Shown here in pieces: positions 1 to 8,409 of a stretch of DNA of 32,315 nucleotides (the stretch's first letter is position 1; each line of letters starts with the position of its first letter). Below the pieces are notes generated by a model. It ran no database searches and was not told where the DNA came from. It saw only the letters and a list, made by a program, of their open reading frames with translations. The stretch covers positions 1-32,315 of IMG/VR virus record IMGVR_UViG_2740892235_000016, one strand, 5' to 3'. The stretch comes from a virus. Taxonomy: Duplodnaviria; Heunggongvirae; Uroviricota; Caudoviricetes. The position numbers and the translations under genes were made by a program.

Positions 1-255
1 AAGTACACGCGCTGGGTTAAGACGCAGCCGTGTGCATGTTGTGGTAAGCCAGCCGACGATCCGCATCACCTGATTGGTCATGGTCAGGGTGGAATGGGTA
101 CAAAAGCGCATGACCTTTTTGTGTTGCCTTTGTGCAGAAAACACCATGACGAACTGCATGCGGATACCGTGGCATTTGAAGAGAAGTATGGTTCCCAACT
201 GGAGCTGATATTTCGTTTTATCGATCGCGCACTGGCGATTGGTGTGCTGTCCTGA
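1..255 (+). CDS. DUF968-like prophage protein, C-terminal fragment (5' end lies outside window); Cys/His-rich CxxC...HH motif
   Basis: Frame-1 ORF open from base 1 to TGA at 253-255; translation identical to the C-terminus of the 2082..2919 ORF; position immediately upstream of a Q gene as in lambdoid nin/Q regions. Confidence 0.6.
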   Translation, partial: KYTRWVKTQPCACCGKPADDPHHLIGHGQGGMGTKAHDLFVLPLCRKHHDELHADTVAFEEKYGSQLELIFRFIDRALAIGVLS

Positions 256-272
256 TTTTGTGGAGAAAGTTG

Positions 273-653
273 ATGCGTGATATTCAGATGGTTCTTGAAC
301 GCTGGGGGGCATGGGCGGCAAGTGGTAACACCGGGGTGGACTATTCTCCGATCGCTGCCGGATTCAAAGGACTTTTACCATCTGCCACTAAACCACGTCC
401 GGCCTGCTGCGATGATGACGGACTTATCATTGAAAACTGTCTTGCTCGTCTGAAGCAGAAAAAACCTGAGGAGTATTCGCTTCTCATTGCTCATTATTTG
501 TTGCGAATATCAAAAAGACAGATAGCCAGGACGAGAAAGAAAAGCGAAAAAGCAATACGAATTGAGATGCAGATAGCCGAAGGGTTTATTGACGGATGTT
601 TGTCTGTGCTGGGGGTAAGACTGGAGATGGACGACTGGCTGCTAAAAAAGTAA
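273..653 (+). CDS. Q-family late-gene antiterminator, divergent paralog of the quuD-like gene at 2937..3320
   Basis: ORF track 258..653, ATG at 273 ([16 protein letters not shown]...); same N-terminal motif and length as copy 2 but divergent after residue ~20; sits directly after a DUF968 gene. Confidence 0.65.
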   Translation: MRDIQMVLERWGAWAASGNTGVDYSPIAAGFKGLLPSATKPRPACCDDDGLIIENCLARLKQKKPEEYSLLIAHYLLRISKRQIARTRKKSEKAIRIEMQIAEGFIDGCLSVLGVRLEMDDWLLKK

Positions 654-721
654 AAAATGATTAGCGCGGTCCGCAAAAAGTATGTCAGTATGTTAAGAGT
701 GGTTACTTCGCCACACAGCTT

Positions 722-746
722 AAACCCGCCGCGAGCGGGTTTTTTT
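722..746 (+). terminator. Rho-independent terminator (tR'-like) downstream of Q copy 1
   Basis: GC stem cccgc/gcggg with a 5-nt loop followed by a 7-T run (aaacccgccgcgagcgggttttttt). Confidence 0.6.
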
Positions 747-819
747 ATGGCTGAAATCGGTCCTGTACAGTAAACGCGCTGGTGGCGGTGAATATATGTC
801 TTTCAGCTTGCTGGCTTTT

Positions 820-848
820 TTGACAAGAGTTATTGGTGTGTCACGTTA
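820..848 (+). promoter_or_regulatory. Candidate sigma70 promoter for the small HTH ORF (perfect -35 TTGACA, weak -10)
   Basis: TTGACA at 820-825, 17-bp spacer, ACGTTA-like -10; the second copy (1990-1995) reads TCGACA. Confidence 0.3.
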
Positions 849-868
849 ACCGGAAAAGGGAAAAAGAC

Positions 869-1066
869 ATGCTGAAACAGCAGGATATGACAGAAACCGC
901 CAGAGCAGTGTTTAATGAATTAAGCGTCACCGAACCGGCGACAGTCGGGGAGATTGCGCAGAATACTTACCTTTCACGCGAACGCTGCCAGTTAATACTG
1001 ACCCAGCTTGTTATGGCGGGTCTGGCAGACTATCAGTTCGGTTGTTACAGACGCCTTCAGTCCTGA
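869..1066 (+). CDS. Small (65 aa) putative winged-helix/HTH DNA-binding protein of unknown function
   Basis: ORF with ATG at 869 preceded by AG-rich RBS (aaaagggaaaaagac); HTH-like segment TVGEIAQNTYLSRERCQLILTQLVMAGL; own terminator overlapping its stop codon; 5' end duplicated at 2039-2071. Confidence 0.5.
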   Translation: MLKQQDMTETARAVFNELSVTEPATVGEIAQNTYLSRERCQLILTQLVMAGLADYQFGCYRRLQS

Positions 1067-1076
1067 AGGCTTTTTT
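1053..1076 (+). terminator. Rho-independent terminator of the small HTH ORF
   Basis: gccttcag-tcc-ctgaaggc hairpin followed by TTTTTT; stop codon TGA lies inside the hairpin. Confidence 0.65.
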
Positions 1077-1189
1077 ATTTGTGGTAAATGGGCGGCTGGT
1101 GGGTGTTAGGGGCACTCACCAGCCATCTGCTCATGCGTTGGGGTCACAAGCAAACCTCAGGCCCATCTGCTTTGCGCAAAAGCGGTATG

Positions 1190-1199
1190 NNNNNNNNNN
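1190..1199. other. Run of 10 N (assembly/scaffold gap or masked sequence)
   Basis: Directly visible in the sequence. Confidence 0.95.
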
Positions 1200-1265
1200 T
1201 CAGCTTGTTCCTGGTGGTCGGTTGGGTGTGAAGATTTACAAAATTGAGAGTGAGTGAGCGTAAAT

Positions 1266-1796
1266 ATGATATATCCGGAAATTACAGGCAAAAGCGGCGA
1301 ACATTTACGCCTGAACACGCTGGAAGCAGTCTGGATCCAGGGGAAATTACGGATGTGGGGGCGGTGGTCGTATATAGGCGGGGGTAAATCCGGAAATATG
1401 TTTAACCGGTTACTGGTTTCGAAGAAGCTGACGAAAACAGCAGTTAATGAAGTTTTACGCAGAATGAAGAAATCCGGGCTGGATAAACCGGAACTTGAGG
1501 CATTTTTTCGGGATATGACCAGAGGGAAGCAGAAGAGCTGGTTGTCACATTGTACAGACACAGAGGCGTTGATTATTGATCGCGTTATCAGTGAGGTGCT
1601 TGGGGAATATCCCGGGCTAATCAATATTCTCCGGCAAAGGTACGAAGGACGGGGTATGAGTAAGAGAAAAATGGCAGAATGTTTAAATCGTACTCACCCG
1701 GAATGGTGCTTCAGCACATGTGAGAAACGTATTGCAGGTTGGTTAGCCGTGGCTGAACACATGCTTTATGTACCTATGCATGATTCATTTCGATAA
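1266..1796 (+). CDS. Q-family antiterminator-like protein (third, highly divergent Q paralog, 176 aa)
   Basis: ORF track 1254..1796, ATG at 1266; motif LRMWGRWSY parallels LERWGAWAA of the other two Q ORFs; C-terminal basic/HTH-like segment (GMSKRKMAECL...IAGWLAVAE) parallels the other Q proteins; followed by terminator-like hairpins. Confidence 0.5.
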   Translation: MIYPEITGKSGEHLRLNTLEAVWIQGKLRMWGRWSYIGGGKSGNMFNRLLVSKKLTKTAVNEVLRRMKKSGLDKPELEAFFRDMTRGKQKSWLSHCTDTEALIIDRVISEVLGEYPGLINILRQRYEGRGMSKRKMAECLNRTHPEWCFSTCEKRIAGWLAVAEHMLYVPMHDSFR

Positions 1797-1894
1797 AAAA
1801 AGCTTGCTTTTTTACGCAGAAACAGCTTGAATTCCTGTAAGCTTCGCAAAGCTGTATCGCGAGGCGAAACGCAAGTTTTTTTCGCACAAGGAAG

Positions 1895-1915
1895 CCACCG
1901 GAAGGTGGTTTTTTT
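1895..1915 (+). terminator. Rho-independent terminator downstream of the 176-aa Q-like gene
   Basis: ccacc-ggaa-ggtgg hairpin followed by a 7-T run; approximate coordinates. Confidence 0.5.
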
Positions 1916-1940
1916 GTGTCCGTAATATATAGCAGCGCAA

Positions 1941-2071
1941 TAAATTCGCTGGTGGTTATTAATACAGTTCTTTCAGCTTGCTGGCTTTTTCGACAAGAGT
2001 TATTGGTGTGTCACGTTAACCGGAAAAGGGAAAAAGACATGCTGAAACAGCAGGATATGACAGAAACCGCC
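1941..2071 (+). repeat. Direct repeat of 771-901 (last ~105 bp near-identical), including promoter-like region and 5' end of the small HTH ORF; truncated by the N gap
   Basis: Alignment by eye of 799-901 with 1969-2071 shows a single mismatch (T/C in the -35 hexamer); upstream 30 bp diverged. Confidence 0.85.
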
Positions 2072-2081
2072 NNNNNNNNNN
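2072..2081. other. Run of 10 N (assembly/scaffold gap or masked sequence)
   Basis: Directly visible in the sequence. Confidence 0.95.
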
Positions 2082-2919
2082 CGCGGCATCACAACCGCTG
2101 GCGGATGATCCTGCCGTTCGGGCCGTGTTCCGTAATGAGGCAGTGATTCGTCGTGCTGGTGGGGTGGAATGTCTTGAAAGCTGGTTACTTCGTGAAAAAG
2201 GTTGCCAGTGGCCTCATTCCGACTGGCACAGCGAGAACATGACCACAATGCGACACGCGCCGGGCGCAATCCGTCTGTGCTGGCACTGCGATAATCAGTT
2301 ACGTGATCAGTTCACGGAGCGGCTGGAATCAATGGCAACGGATAACTGTGCCCATTGGGTGTTGTCTGTAGTCCGTCGGGATCTCGATTTTAATGATAAC
2401 CATGCCGTGACAATGCCGGAACTGTGCTGGTGGCTGGTTCGTAATGACCTGGCGGATGCCTTACCGGAAAGCGCAGCCCGTAAGGCACTGAGATTACCGA
2501 AGTCTGTTTTGCCGTCTGTCACCCGGGAAAGTGACCTTGTGCCTTCGGTTCCTGCCACCAGCATTATCCAGGATAAAGCGAAAAAGGTGCTGGCGCTGAA
2601 AGTGGATCCGGAGTCGCCGGAGTCTTTTATGTTACGCCCCAAACGTCGTCGCTGGGTTAATGAACAGTACACGCGCTGGGTTAAGACGCAGCCGTGTGCA
2701 TGTTGTGGAAAGCCAGCTGATGATCCGCATCATCTGATAGGCCATGGTCAGGGTGGAATGGGTACAAAAGCGCATGACCTTTTTGTGCTGCCTTTGTGCA
2801 GAAAACACCACGACGAACTGCATGCGGATACCGTGGCATTTGAAGAGAAGTATGGCTCCCAGCTGGAGCTGATATTTCGTTTTATCGATCGCGCACTGGC
2901 GATTGGTGTGCTGGCCTGA
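2082..2919 (+). CDS. DUF968-like prophage protein (Cys/His-rich C-terminus), 5' end truncated by the N gap
   Basis: Reading frame open from the gap through ORF 2125..2919; C-terminal 84 aa identical to the 1..255 fragment; CxxC and HH/H motifs. Confidence 0.65.
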
Positions 2920-2936
2920 TTTTGTGGAGAAAGTTA

Positions 2937-3320
2937 ATGCGTGATATTCAGATGGTTCTTGAACGTTGGGGAGCGTGGGCGGCTAATAATCATGAAGATG
3001 TGACCTGGTCGTCCATTGCCGCCGGTTTTAAGGGATTAATTCCTTCAAAAGTAAAATCTCGCCCGCAATGTTGTGACGATGACGCGATGATCATTTGCGG
3101 GTGCATGGCCCGTCTGAAAAAGAACAACAGCGATTTGCACGATTTATTAGTAGATTATTATGTAGTCGGTATGACATTCATGTCACTGGCAGGTAAGCAT
3201 TGCTGCTCTGATGGTTATATCGGGAAAAGGTTACAGAAGGCTGAGGGCATAATTGAAGGGATGTTAATGGCATTAGATATCCGGTTAGAGATGGATATCG
3301 TTGTTAATAACTCTAATTAA
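2937..3320 (+). CDS. quuD: Late-gene antiterminator Q, DLP12 QuuD-like (phage 82-type)
   Basis: ORF track 2922..3320 with ATG at 2937; 127-aa product [24 protein letters not shown]... matches my recollection of QuuD; located upstream of the nmpC-like porin and 21-type lysis genes as in DLP12. Confidence 0.7.
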   Translation: MRDIQMVLERWGAWAANNHEDVTWSSIAAGFKGLIPSKVKSRPQCCDDDAMIICGCMARLKKNNSDLHDLLVDYYVVGMTFMSLAGKHCCSDGYIGKRLQKAEGIIEGMLMALDIRLEMDIVVNNSN

Positions 3321-3345
3321 TATGCCAATTGTTTACTGAAAGTTA

Positions 3346-3372
3346 TTAAAAATGGGGCGTTGCAACGCCCCC
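3346..3372 (-). terminator. Rho-independent terminator, likely for the minus-strand porin gene
   Basis: GC hairpin (ggggcgt-tgca-acgcccc) followed on the minus strand by ATTTTT; two further GC hairpins at ~3438-3459 and ~3468-3484. Confidence 0.5.
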
Positions 3373-3509
3373 AAAAATAAAGGGTAATATATAACAGAAG
3401 GTTTATATAGTTAGAAGCAAGGTTGTGCTCCTAAAGGAAGTGGCTTGAGGGAGCCACTTATATGTTGGGGAGGCAACGCCTCCCGCAACATATCTTTTTC
3501 GTAATCAGA

Positions 3510-4607
3510 TTAGAACTGGTAAACCAGACCTACAGCAACGATGTCATCAGTGCTTACACCGAGTGCTTTAGTGAAGTCATTTTTGTCAAGCAGGTTGATT
3601 TTGTAATCAACGAAAGTAGACATATTTTTGTTGAAGTAATAGGTTGCACCTACATCAACATATTTGACTAAGTCCTGATCGCCCCATACTCCAAGATCCT
3701 TACCTTTAGATTGCAGGTAAGCAACGGACGGACGCAGACCGAAATCGAACTGATATTGTGCAACAGCTTCGAAGTTTTGAGCTTTATTAGCAACGAAGTG
3801 ATCAGCAAATACAGTCATATTCTGGGTTTCAGAATAGGTAGTGGCCAGGTAAATGTTGTTAGCGTCATATTTCAGACCTGCGGCCCAAACTTCTGCATTT
3901 TTACCGGAAGCAAATACTTCAGGAAGAACTTTCCCTGCATTAACTTGAGTGTCGGTACGATCAGATTTCGCATAAGTTGCACCGATACCGAATCCTTCGT
4001 ATTCATAGGTAGCAGAGAAACCGAAGCCATCACCGTTACCTTCGGTGTAGTTATCGAAATCGCTACGATCGTTTTTGCCTTGGTACTGAGCAGCAAAGTT
4101 CAGACCATCAACCAGACCAAAGAAGTCGTTGTTACGATAGGTTGCAACACCAGTGGTGCGACCAGTCATGAACACATCTGTTTGGGTCCAGGTATCGCCA
4201 CCGAATTCTGGCAGAACGTCAGTCCACGCACCGATGTCGTATGCTACACCGTAGTTACGGCCGTAATCGATTGAGCCGTAGTCACCGAATTTCAGGCCTG
4301 CAAATGCAAGACGGGTTTTGTCTTTGGAGGAACCTTGAGATTCAGCGCGGTTGCCTTTGAATTCATATTCCCACTGACCGAAACCAGTCAGCTGATCGTT
4401 GATTTGGGTTTCGCCTTTGAAGCCCAGACGAACATAAGTAGTATCACCATCATCTGCATCGTTAGAGGAAAAGTAGTGCTTGGCATTAACTTTCCCGTAC
4501 AGATCCAGCTTGTTACTGTCTTTATTATAAATTTCAGCTGCCTGAGCAGACATCGCCATCAGTACTGATGCAGCTACAGCAGAAATTGCCACTGTTAATT
4601 TTTTCAT
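3510..4607 (-). CDS. nmpC: Outer membrane general porin, prophage-encoded NmpC/OmpD-like (OmpC family)
   Basis: 365-aa ORF with signal peptide [30 protein letters not shown]... and C-terminal ...VGLVYQF; matches remembered NmpC; strong RBS; AT-rich upstream region. Confidence 0.9.
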   Translation of the reverse strand: MKKLTVAISAVAASVLMAMSAQAAEIYNKDSNKLDLYGKVNAKHYFSSNDADDGDTTYVRLGFKGETQINDQLTGFGQWEYEFKGNRAESQGSSKDKTRLAFAGLKFGDYGSIDYGRNYGVAYDIGAWTDVLPEFGGDTWTQTDVFMTGRTTGVATYRNNDFFGLVDGLNFAAQYQGKNDRSDFDNYTEGNGDGFGFSATYEYEGFGIGATYAKSDRTDTQVNAGKVLPEVFASGKNAEVWAAGLKYDANNIYLATTYSETQNMTVFADHFVANKAQNFEAVAQYQFDFGLRPSVAYLQSKGKDLGVWGDQDLVKYVDVGATYYFNKNMSTFVDYKINLLDKNDFTKALGVSTDDIVAVGLVYQF

Positions 4608-4936
4608 CGTGAGCCCTTTTTTTTGAACTATTATTAAAAAATGATGTCACTGCGCGATAAATATTCATCTAATCAATGTGATTATTTCAAGATGTAAGTT
4701 TTAGTTTCTCATTTAATTTGTGAAGTAGATCTCTATTTTTATCTGAACTTTTTCTATCGAAACCTATTTATGGCTCTTATTTGAACAAAAATAAACCTAT
4801 TAGCTAATTTATATTAATGGCTGTTATTTATGGTGGTTCTATAATTCGTCTGTTTAATTTAAACCAGCTAAAAATAACACTGGAAATTATTTATTGTTTA
4901 TTTGTTGAAGTTTTCTTATGTATTTGTGGTGATGTT

Positions 4937-4965
4937 TTGAACACTCGGTAGCATTCTCATAAATA
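4937..4965 (+). promoter_or_regulatory. Candidate late promoter (pR'-like) upstream of the lysis cassette
   Basis: TTGAAC -35, 16-17 bp spacer, ATAAAT/TAAATA -10; followed by a ~60-bp element (approx 4985-5058) homologous to the sequence just downstream of Q copy 1 (672-746). Confidence 0.4.
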
Positions 4966-5195
4966 TCATTCAGTGGTTTACGTACGTAAAAAATTGGTTA
5001 TGCTGTTAAGAGTGGTTACTTCGTCACACAGCTTAAACCCGCCGTCGAGCTGGTTTTTCCATTTTTTGAGTCTCGATATTAGCTGATAACTCAATACCTG
5101 AGTTATTCACCGACTCGGAGTCAGTTACGTTTCTGCTTTTTTGCGATACGTTGTATTCCCTCAATTTACACCCGCTTTGTCTGCGAGGTGGGGTT

Positions 5196-5411
5196 ATGAA
5201 ATTCATGGATAAGTTAACAACTGGAGTCGCCTATGGCACCTCAGCAGGTAGTGCCGGTTACTGGTTTTTACAGCTGCTCGATAAAGTCACTCCCTCACAG
5301 TGGGCAGCAATAGGTGTGCTGGGTAGCCTGGTATTTGGCCTGCTGACGTACCTGACAAACCTTTATTTCAAGATTAAAGAAGATAAGCGCAAGGCTGCGA
5401 GAGGTGAATAA
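5196..5411 (+). CDS. essD: Phage 21-type class II holin/pinholin with dual starts (M1 and M4)
   Basis: ORF track 5151..5411, ATG at 5196 after GAGGTGGGG RBS; product [28 protein letters not shown]... matches S21; two predicted TM segments; stop overlaps R start (TAATG). Confidence 0.85.
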
Positions 5412-5908
5412 TGCCTCCATCATTACGAAAAGCCGTTGCTGCTGCTATTGGTGGCGGAGCAATTGCTATAGCATCAGTGTTAATCACTGGCCCAAGTGGT
5501 AACGATGGTCTGGAAGGTGTCAGCTACATACCATACAAAGATATTGTTGGTGTATGGACTGTATGTCACGGACACACCGGAAAAGACATCATGCTCGGTA
5601 AAACGTATACCAAAGCAGAATGCAAAGCACTCTTGAATAAAGACCTTGCCACTGTCGCCAGACAAATTAACCCGTATATCAAAGTCGATATACCGGAAAC
5701 AACGCGCGGCGCTCTTTACTCATTCGTTTACAACGTGGGTGCTGGCAATTTTAGAACATCGACGCTTCTTCGCAAAATAAACCAGGGCGATATCAAAGGC
5801 GCATGTGATCAGCTGCGTCGCTGGACATACGCTGGCGGTAAGCAATGGAAAGGCCTGATGACTCGTCGTGAGATTGAGCGTGAAGTCTGTTTGTGGGGGC
5901 AACAGTGA
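5411..5908 (+). CDS. rrrD: SAR (signal-arrest-release) endolysin, lysozyme, phage 21 R-like
   Basis: 165-aa ORF with N-terminal hydrophobic Gly/Ala-rich SAR domain ([20 protein letters not shown]) and T4-lysozyme-like catalytic region; position after holin. Confidence 0.9.
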
Positions 5909-6366
5909 GCAGAGTAACCGCGATTATATCCGCTCTGATTATCTGCATCATCGTCAGCCTGTCATGGGCGGTCAATCATTACCGTGATAACGCAATCGCC
6001 TACAAAGTCCAGCGCGACAAAAATGCCAGAGAACTGAAGCTAGCGAACGCGGCAATTACTGACATGCAGATGCGTCAGCGTGATGTTGCTGCGCTCGATG
6101 CAAAATACACGAAGGAGTTAGCTGATGCGAAAGCTGAAAATGATGCTCTGCGTGATGATGTTGCCGCTGGTCGTCGTCGGTTGCACATCAAAGCAGTCTG
6201 TCAGTCAGTGCGTGAAGCCACCACGGCCTCCGGCGTGGATAATGCAGCCTCCCCCCGACTGGCAGACACCGCTGAACGGGATTATTTCACCCTCAGAGAG
6301 AGGCTGATCACTATGCAAAAACAACTGGAAGGAACCCAGAAGTATATTAATGAGCAGTGCAGATAG
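5905..6366 (+). CDS. rzpD: Rz, inner-membrane spanin subunit (i-spanin)
   Basis: ORF track 5893..6366; GTG at 5905 overlaps R stop (GTGA) and gives a 153-aa product with N-terminal TM helix and coiled-coil periplasmic domain. Confidence 0.8.
6125..6307 (+). CDS. rzoD: Rz1, outer-membrane lipoprotein spanin subunit (o-spanin), embedded in the +1 frame of Rz
   Basis: 60-aa ORF nested inside Rz; lipobox LVVVGC; proline-rich mature region. Confidence 0.8.
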   Translation: MRKLKMMLCVMMLPLVVVGCTSKQSVSQCVKPPRPPAWIMQPPPDWQTPLNGIISPSERG

Positions 6367-6397
6367 AGCTGACCATATCGATGGGCAACTCATGCAA

Positions 6398-6691
6398 TTA
6401 TTTTGAGCAATACACACGCGCTTCCAGCGGAGTATAAATGCCTAAAGTAATAAAACCGAGCAATCCATTTACGAATGTTTGCTGGGTTTCTGTTTTAACA
6501 ACATTTTCTGCGCCGCCACAAATTTTAGCTGCATCGACAGTTTTCTTCTGCCCAATTCCAGAAACGAAGAAATGATGGGTGATGGTTTCCTTTGGTGCTA
6601 CTGCTGTCTGTTTGTTTTGAACAGTAAATGTCTGTTGAGCACATCCTGTAATAAGCAGGGCCAGCGCAGTAGCGAGTAGCATTTTTTTCAT
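6398..6691 (-). CDS. bor: Bor lipoprotein (serum-resistance-associated lysogenic conversion protein)
   Basis: 97-aa ORF, lipobox LITGC, sequence matches remembered lambda Bor; antiparallel to late genes as in lambda. Confidence 0.9.
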   Translation of the reverse strand: MKKMLLATALALLITGCAQQTFTVQNKQTAVAPKETITHHFFVSGIGQKKTVDAAKICGGAENVVKTETQQTFVNGLLGFITLGIYTPLEARVYCSK

Positions 6692-6981
6692 GGTGTTATT
6701 CCCGATGCTTTTTGAAGTTCGCAGAATCGTATGTGTAGAAAATTAAACAAACCCTAAACAATGAGTTGAAATTTCATATTGTTAATATTTATTAATGTAT
6801 GCCAGGTGCGATGAATCGTCATTGTATTCCCGGATTAACTATGTCCACAGCCCTGACGGGGAACTTCTCTGCGGGAGTGTCCGGGAATAATTAAAAACGA
6901 TGCACACAGGGTTTAGCGCGTACATGCATTGTATTATGCCAACACCCCGGTGCTGACACGGAAGAAACCGGACGTTATGAT

Positions 6982-7515
6982 TTAGCGTGGAAAGATTTGT
7001 GTAGTGTTCTGAATGCTCTCAGTAAATAGTAATGAATTATCAAAGGTATAGTAATATCTTTTATGTTCGTGGATATTTGTAATCCATCGGAAAACTCCTG
7101 CTTTAGCAAGATTTTCCCTGTATTGCTGAAATGTGATTTCTCTTGATTTCAACCTATCATAGGACGTTTCTATAAGATGCGTATTTCTTGAGAATTTAAC
7201 ATTTACAACCTTTTTAAGTCCTTTTATTAACACGGTGTTATCGTTTTCTAACACAATGTGAATATTATCTGTGGCTAGATAGTAAATATAATGTGAGACA
7301 TTGTGACGTTTTAGTTCAGAATAAAACAATTCACAGTTTAAATCTTTTCGCACTTGATCGAATATTTCTTTAAAAATGGCAACCTGAGCCATTGGTAAAA
7401 CCTTCCATGTGATACGAGGGCGCGTAGTTTGCATTATCGTTTTTATCGCTTCAATCTGGTCTGACCTCTTTGTGTTTTGTTGATGATTTATGTCAAATAT
7501 TAGGAATGTTTTCAA
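6982..7515 (-). CDS. Hypothetical protein, homolog of the lambda ORF adjacent to bor (ybcV-like); function unknown
   Basis: 177-aa ORF in a low-GC segment; DNA matches my recollection of the lambda right-end region between bor and cos. Confidence 0.7.
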   Translation of the reverse strand: MKTFLIFDINHQQNTKRSDQIEAIKTIMQTTRPRITWKVLPMAQVAIFKEIFDQVRKDLNCELFYSELKRHNVSHYIYYLATDNIHIVLENDNTVLIKGLKKVVNVKFSRNTHLIETSYDRLKSREITFQQYRENLAKAGVFRWITNIHEHKRYYYTFDNSLLFTESIQNTTQIFPR

Positions 7516-7677
7516 TTAATAGTATTGGTTGCGTAACAAAGTGCGGTCCTGCTGGCATTCTGGAGGGAAATACAACCGACAGATGTATGTAAGGCCAACG
7601 TGCTCAAACCTTCATACAGAAAGATTTGAAGTAATATTTTAACCGCTAGATGAAGAGCAAGCGCATGGAGCGACAAA

Positions 7678-7884
7678 ATGAATAAAGAACAATCTGCTGA
7701 TGATCCCTCCGTGGATCTGATTCGTGTAAAAAATATGCTTAATAGCACCATTTCTATGAGTTACCCTGATGTTGTAATTGCATGTATAGAACATAAGGTG
7801 TCTCTGGAAGCATTCAGGGCAATTGAGGCAGCGTTGGTGAAGCACGATAATAATATGAAGGATTATTCCCTGGTGGTTGACTGA
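7678..7884 (+). CDS. ybcW: Hypothetical 68-aa protein (YbcW-like), function unknown
   Basis: 68-aa [27 protein letters not shown]... matching remembered lambda/DLP12 small ORF. Confidence 0.65.
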
Positions 7885-8048
7885 TCACCATAACTGCTAA
7901 TCATTCAAACTACTTAACCTGTGACAGAGCCAACACGCAGTCTGTCACTGTCAGGAAAGTGGTAAAACTGCAACTCAATTACTGCAATGCCCTCGTAATT
8001 AAGTGAATTTACAATATCGTCCTGTTCGGAGGGAAGAACGCGGGATGT

Positions 8049-8243
8049 TCATTCTTCATCACTTTTAATTGATGTATATGCTCTCTTTTCTGACGTTAGC
8101 CTCCGACGGCAGGCTTCAATGACCCAGGCTGAGAAATTCCCGGACCCTTTTTGCTCAAGAGCGATGTTAATTTGTTCAATCATTTGGTTAGGAAAGCGGA
8201 TGTTGCGGGTTGTTGTTCTGCGGGTTCTGTTCTTAGTTGACAT
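8049..8243 (-). CDS. ylcI: Hypothetical 64-aa basic protein (YlcI-like, lambda orf-64), function unknown
   Basis: 64-aa ORF MSTKNRTRRTTTRNIRFPNQMIEQINIALEQKG...; matches remembered lambda right-end ORF. Confidence 0.65.
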   Translation of the reverse strand: MSTKNRTRRTTTRNIRFPNQMIEQINIALEQKGSGNFSAWVIEACRRRLTSEKRAYTSIKSDEE

Positions 8244-8409
8244 GAGGTTGCCCCGTATTCAGTGTCGCTGATTTGTATTGTCTGAAGTTGTTTTTACGTT
8301 AAGTTGATGCAGATCAATTAATACGATACCTGCGTCATAATTGATTATTTGACGTGGTTTGATGGCGTAGATGCACGTTGTGACATGTAGATGATAATTA
8401 TTATCATTT

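Noticed and set aside
1042-1624. ORFs 1042..1257 (+) and 1157..1624 (-) that run through the N gap
   Set aside because: Their translations include X residues from the 10-N run; continuity across an unsized gap is meaningless, and the minus-strand ORF is antisense to the Q-like gene
3320-3510. Possible tRNA genes between Q and the downstream gene, as in Stx phages
   Set aside because: Hairpins are simple stem-loops; no 70-90 nt cloverleaf with T-loop GGTTCGA-type motif is visible
3462-4568. Plus-strand ORFs (3462..3671, 3711..4274, 4335..4568) overlapping the porin gene
   Set aside because: Antisense to a well-supported porin CDS; no independent support
6479-6679. 66-aa plus-strand ORF
   Set aside because: Antisense within bor
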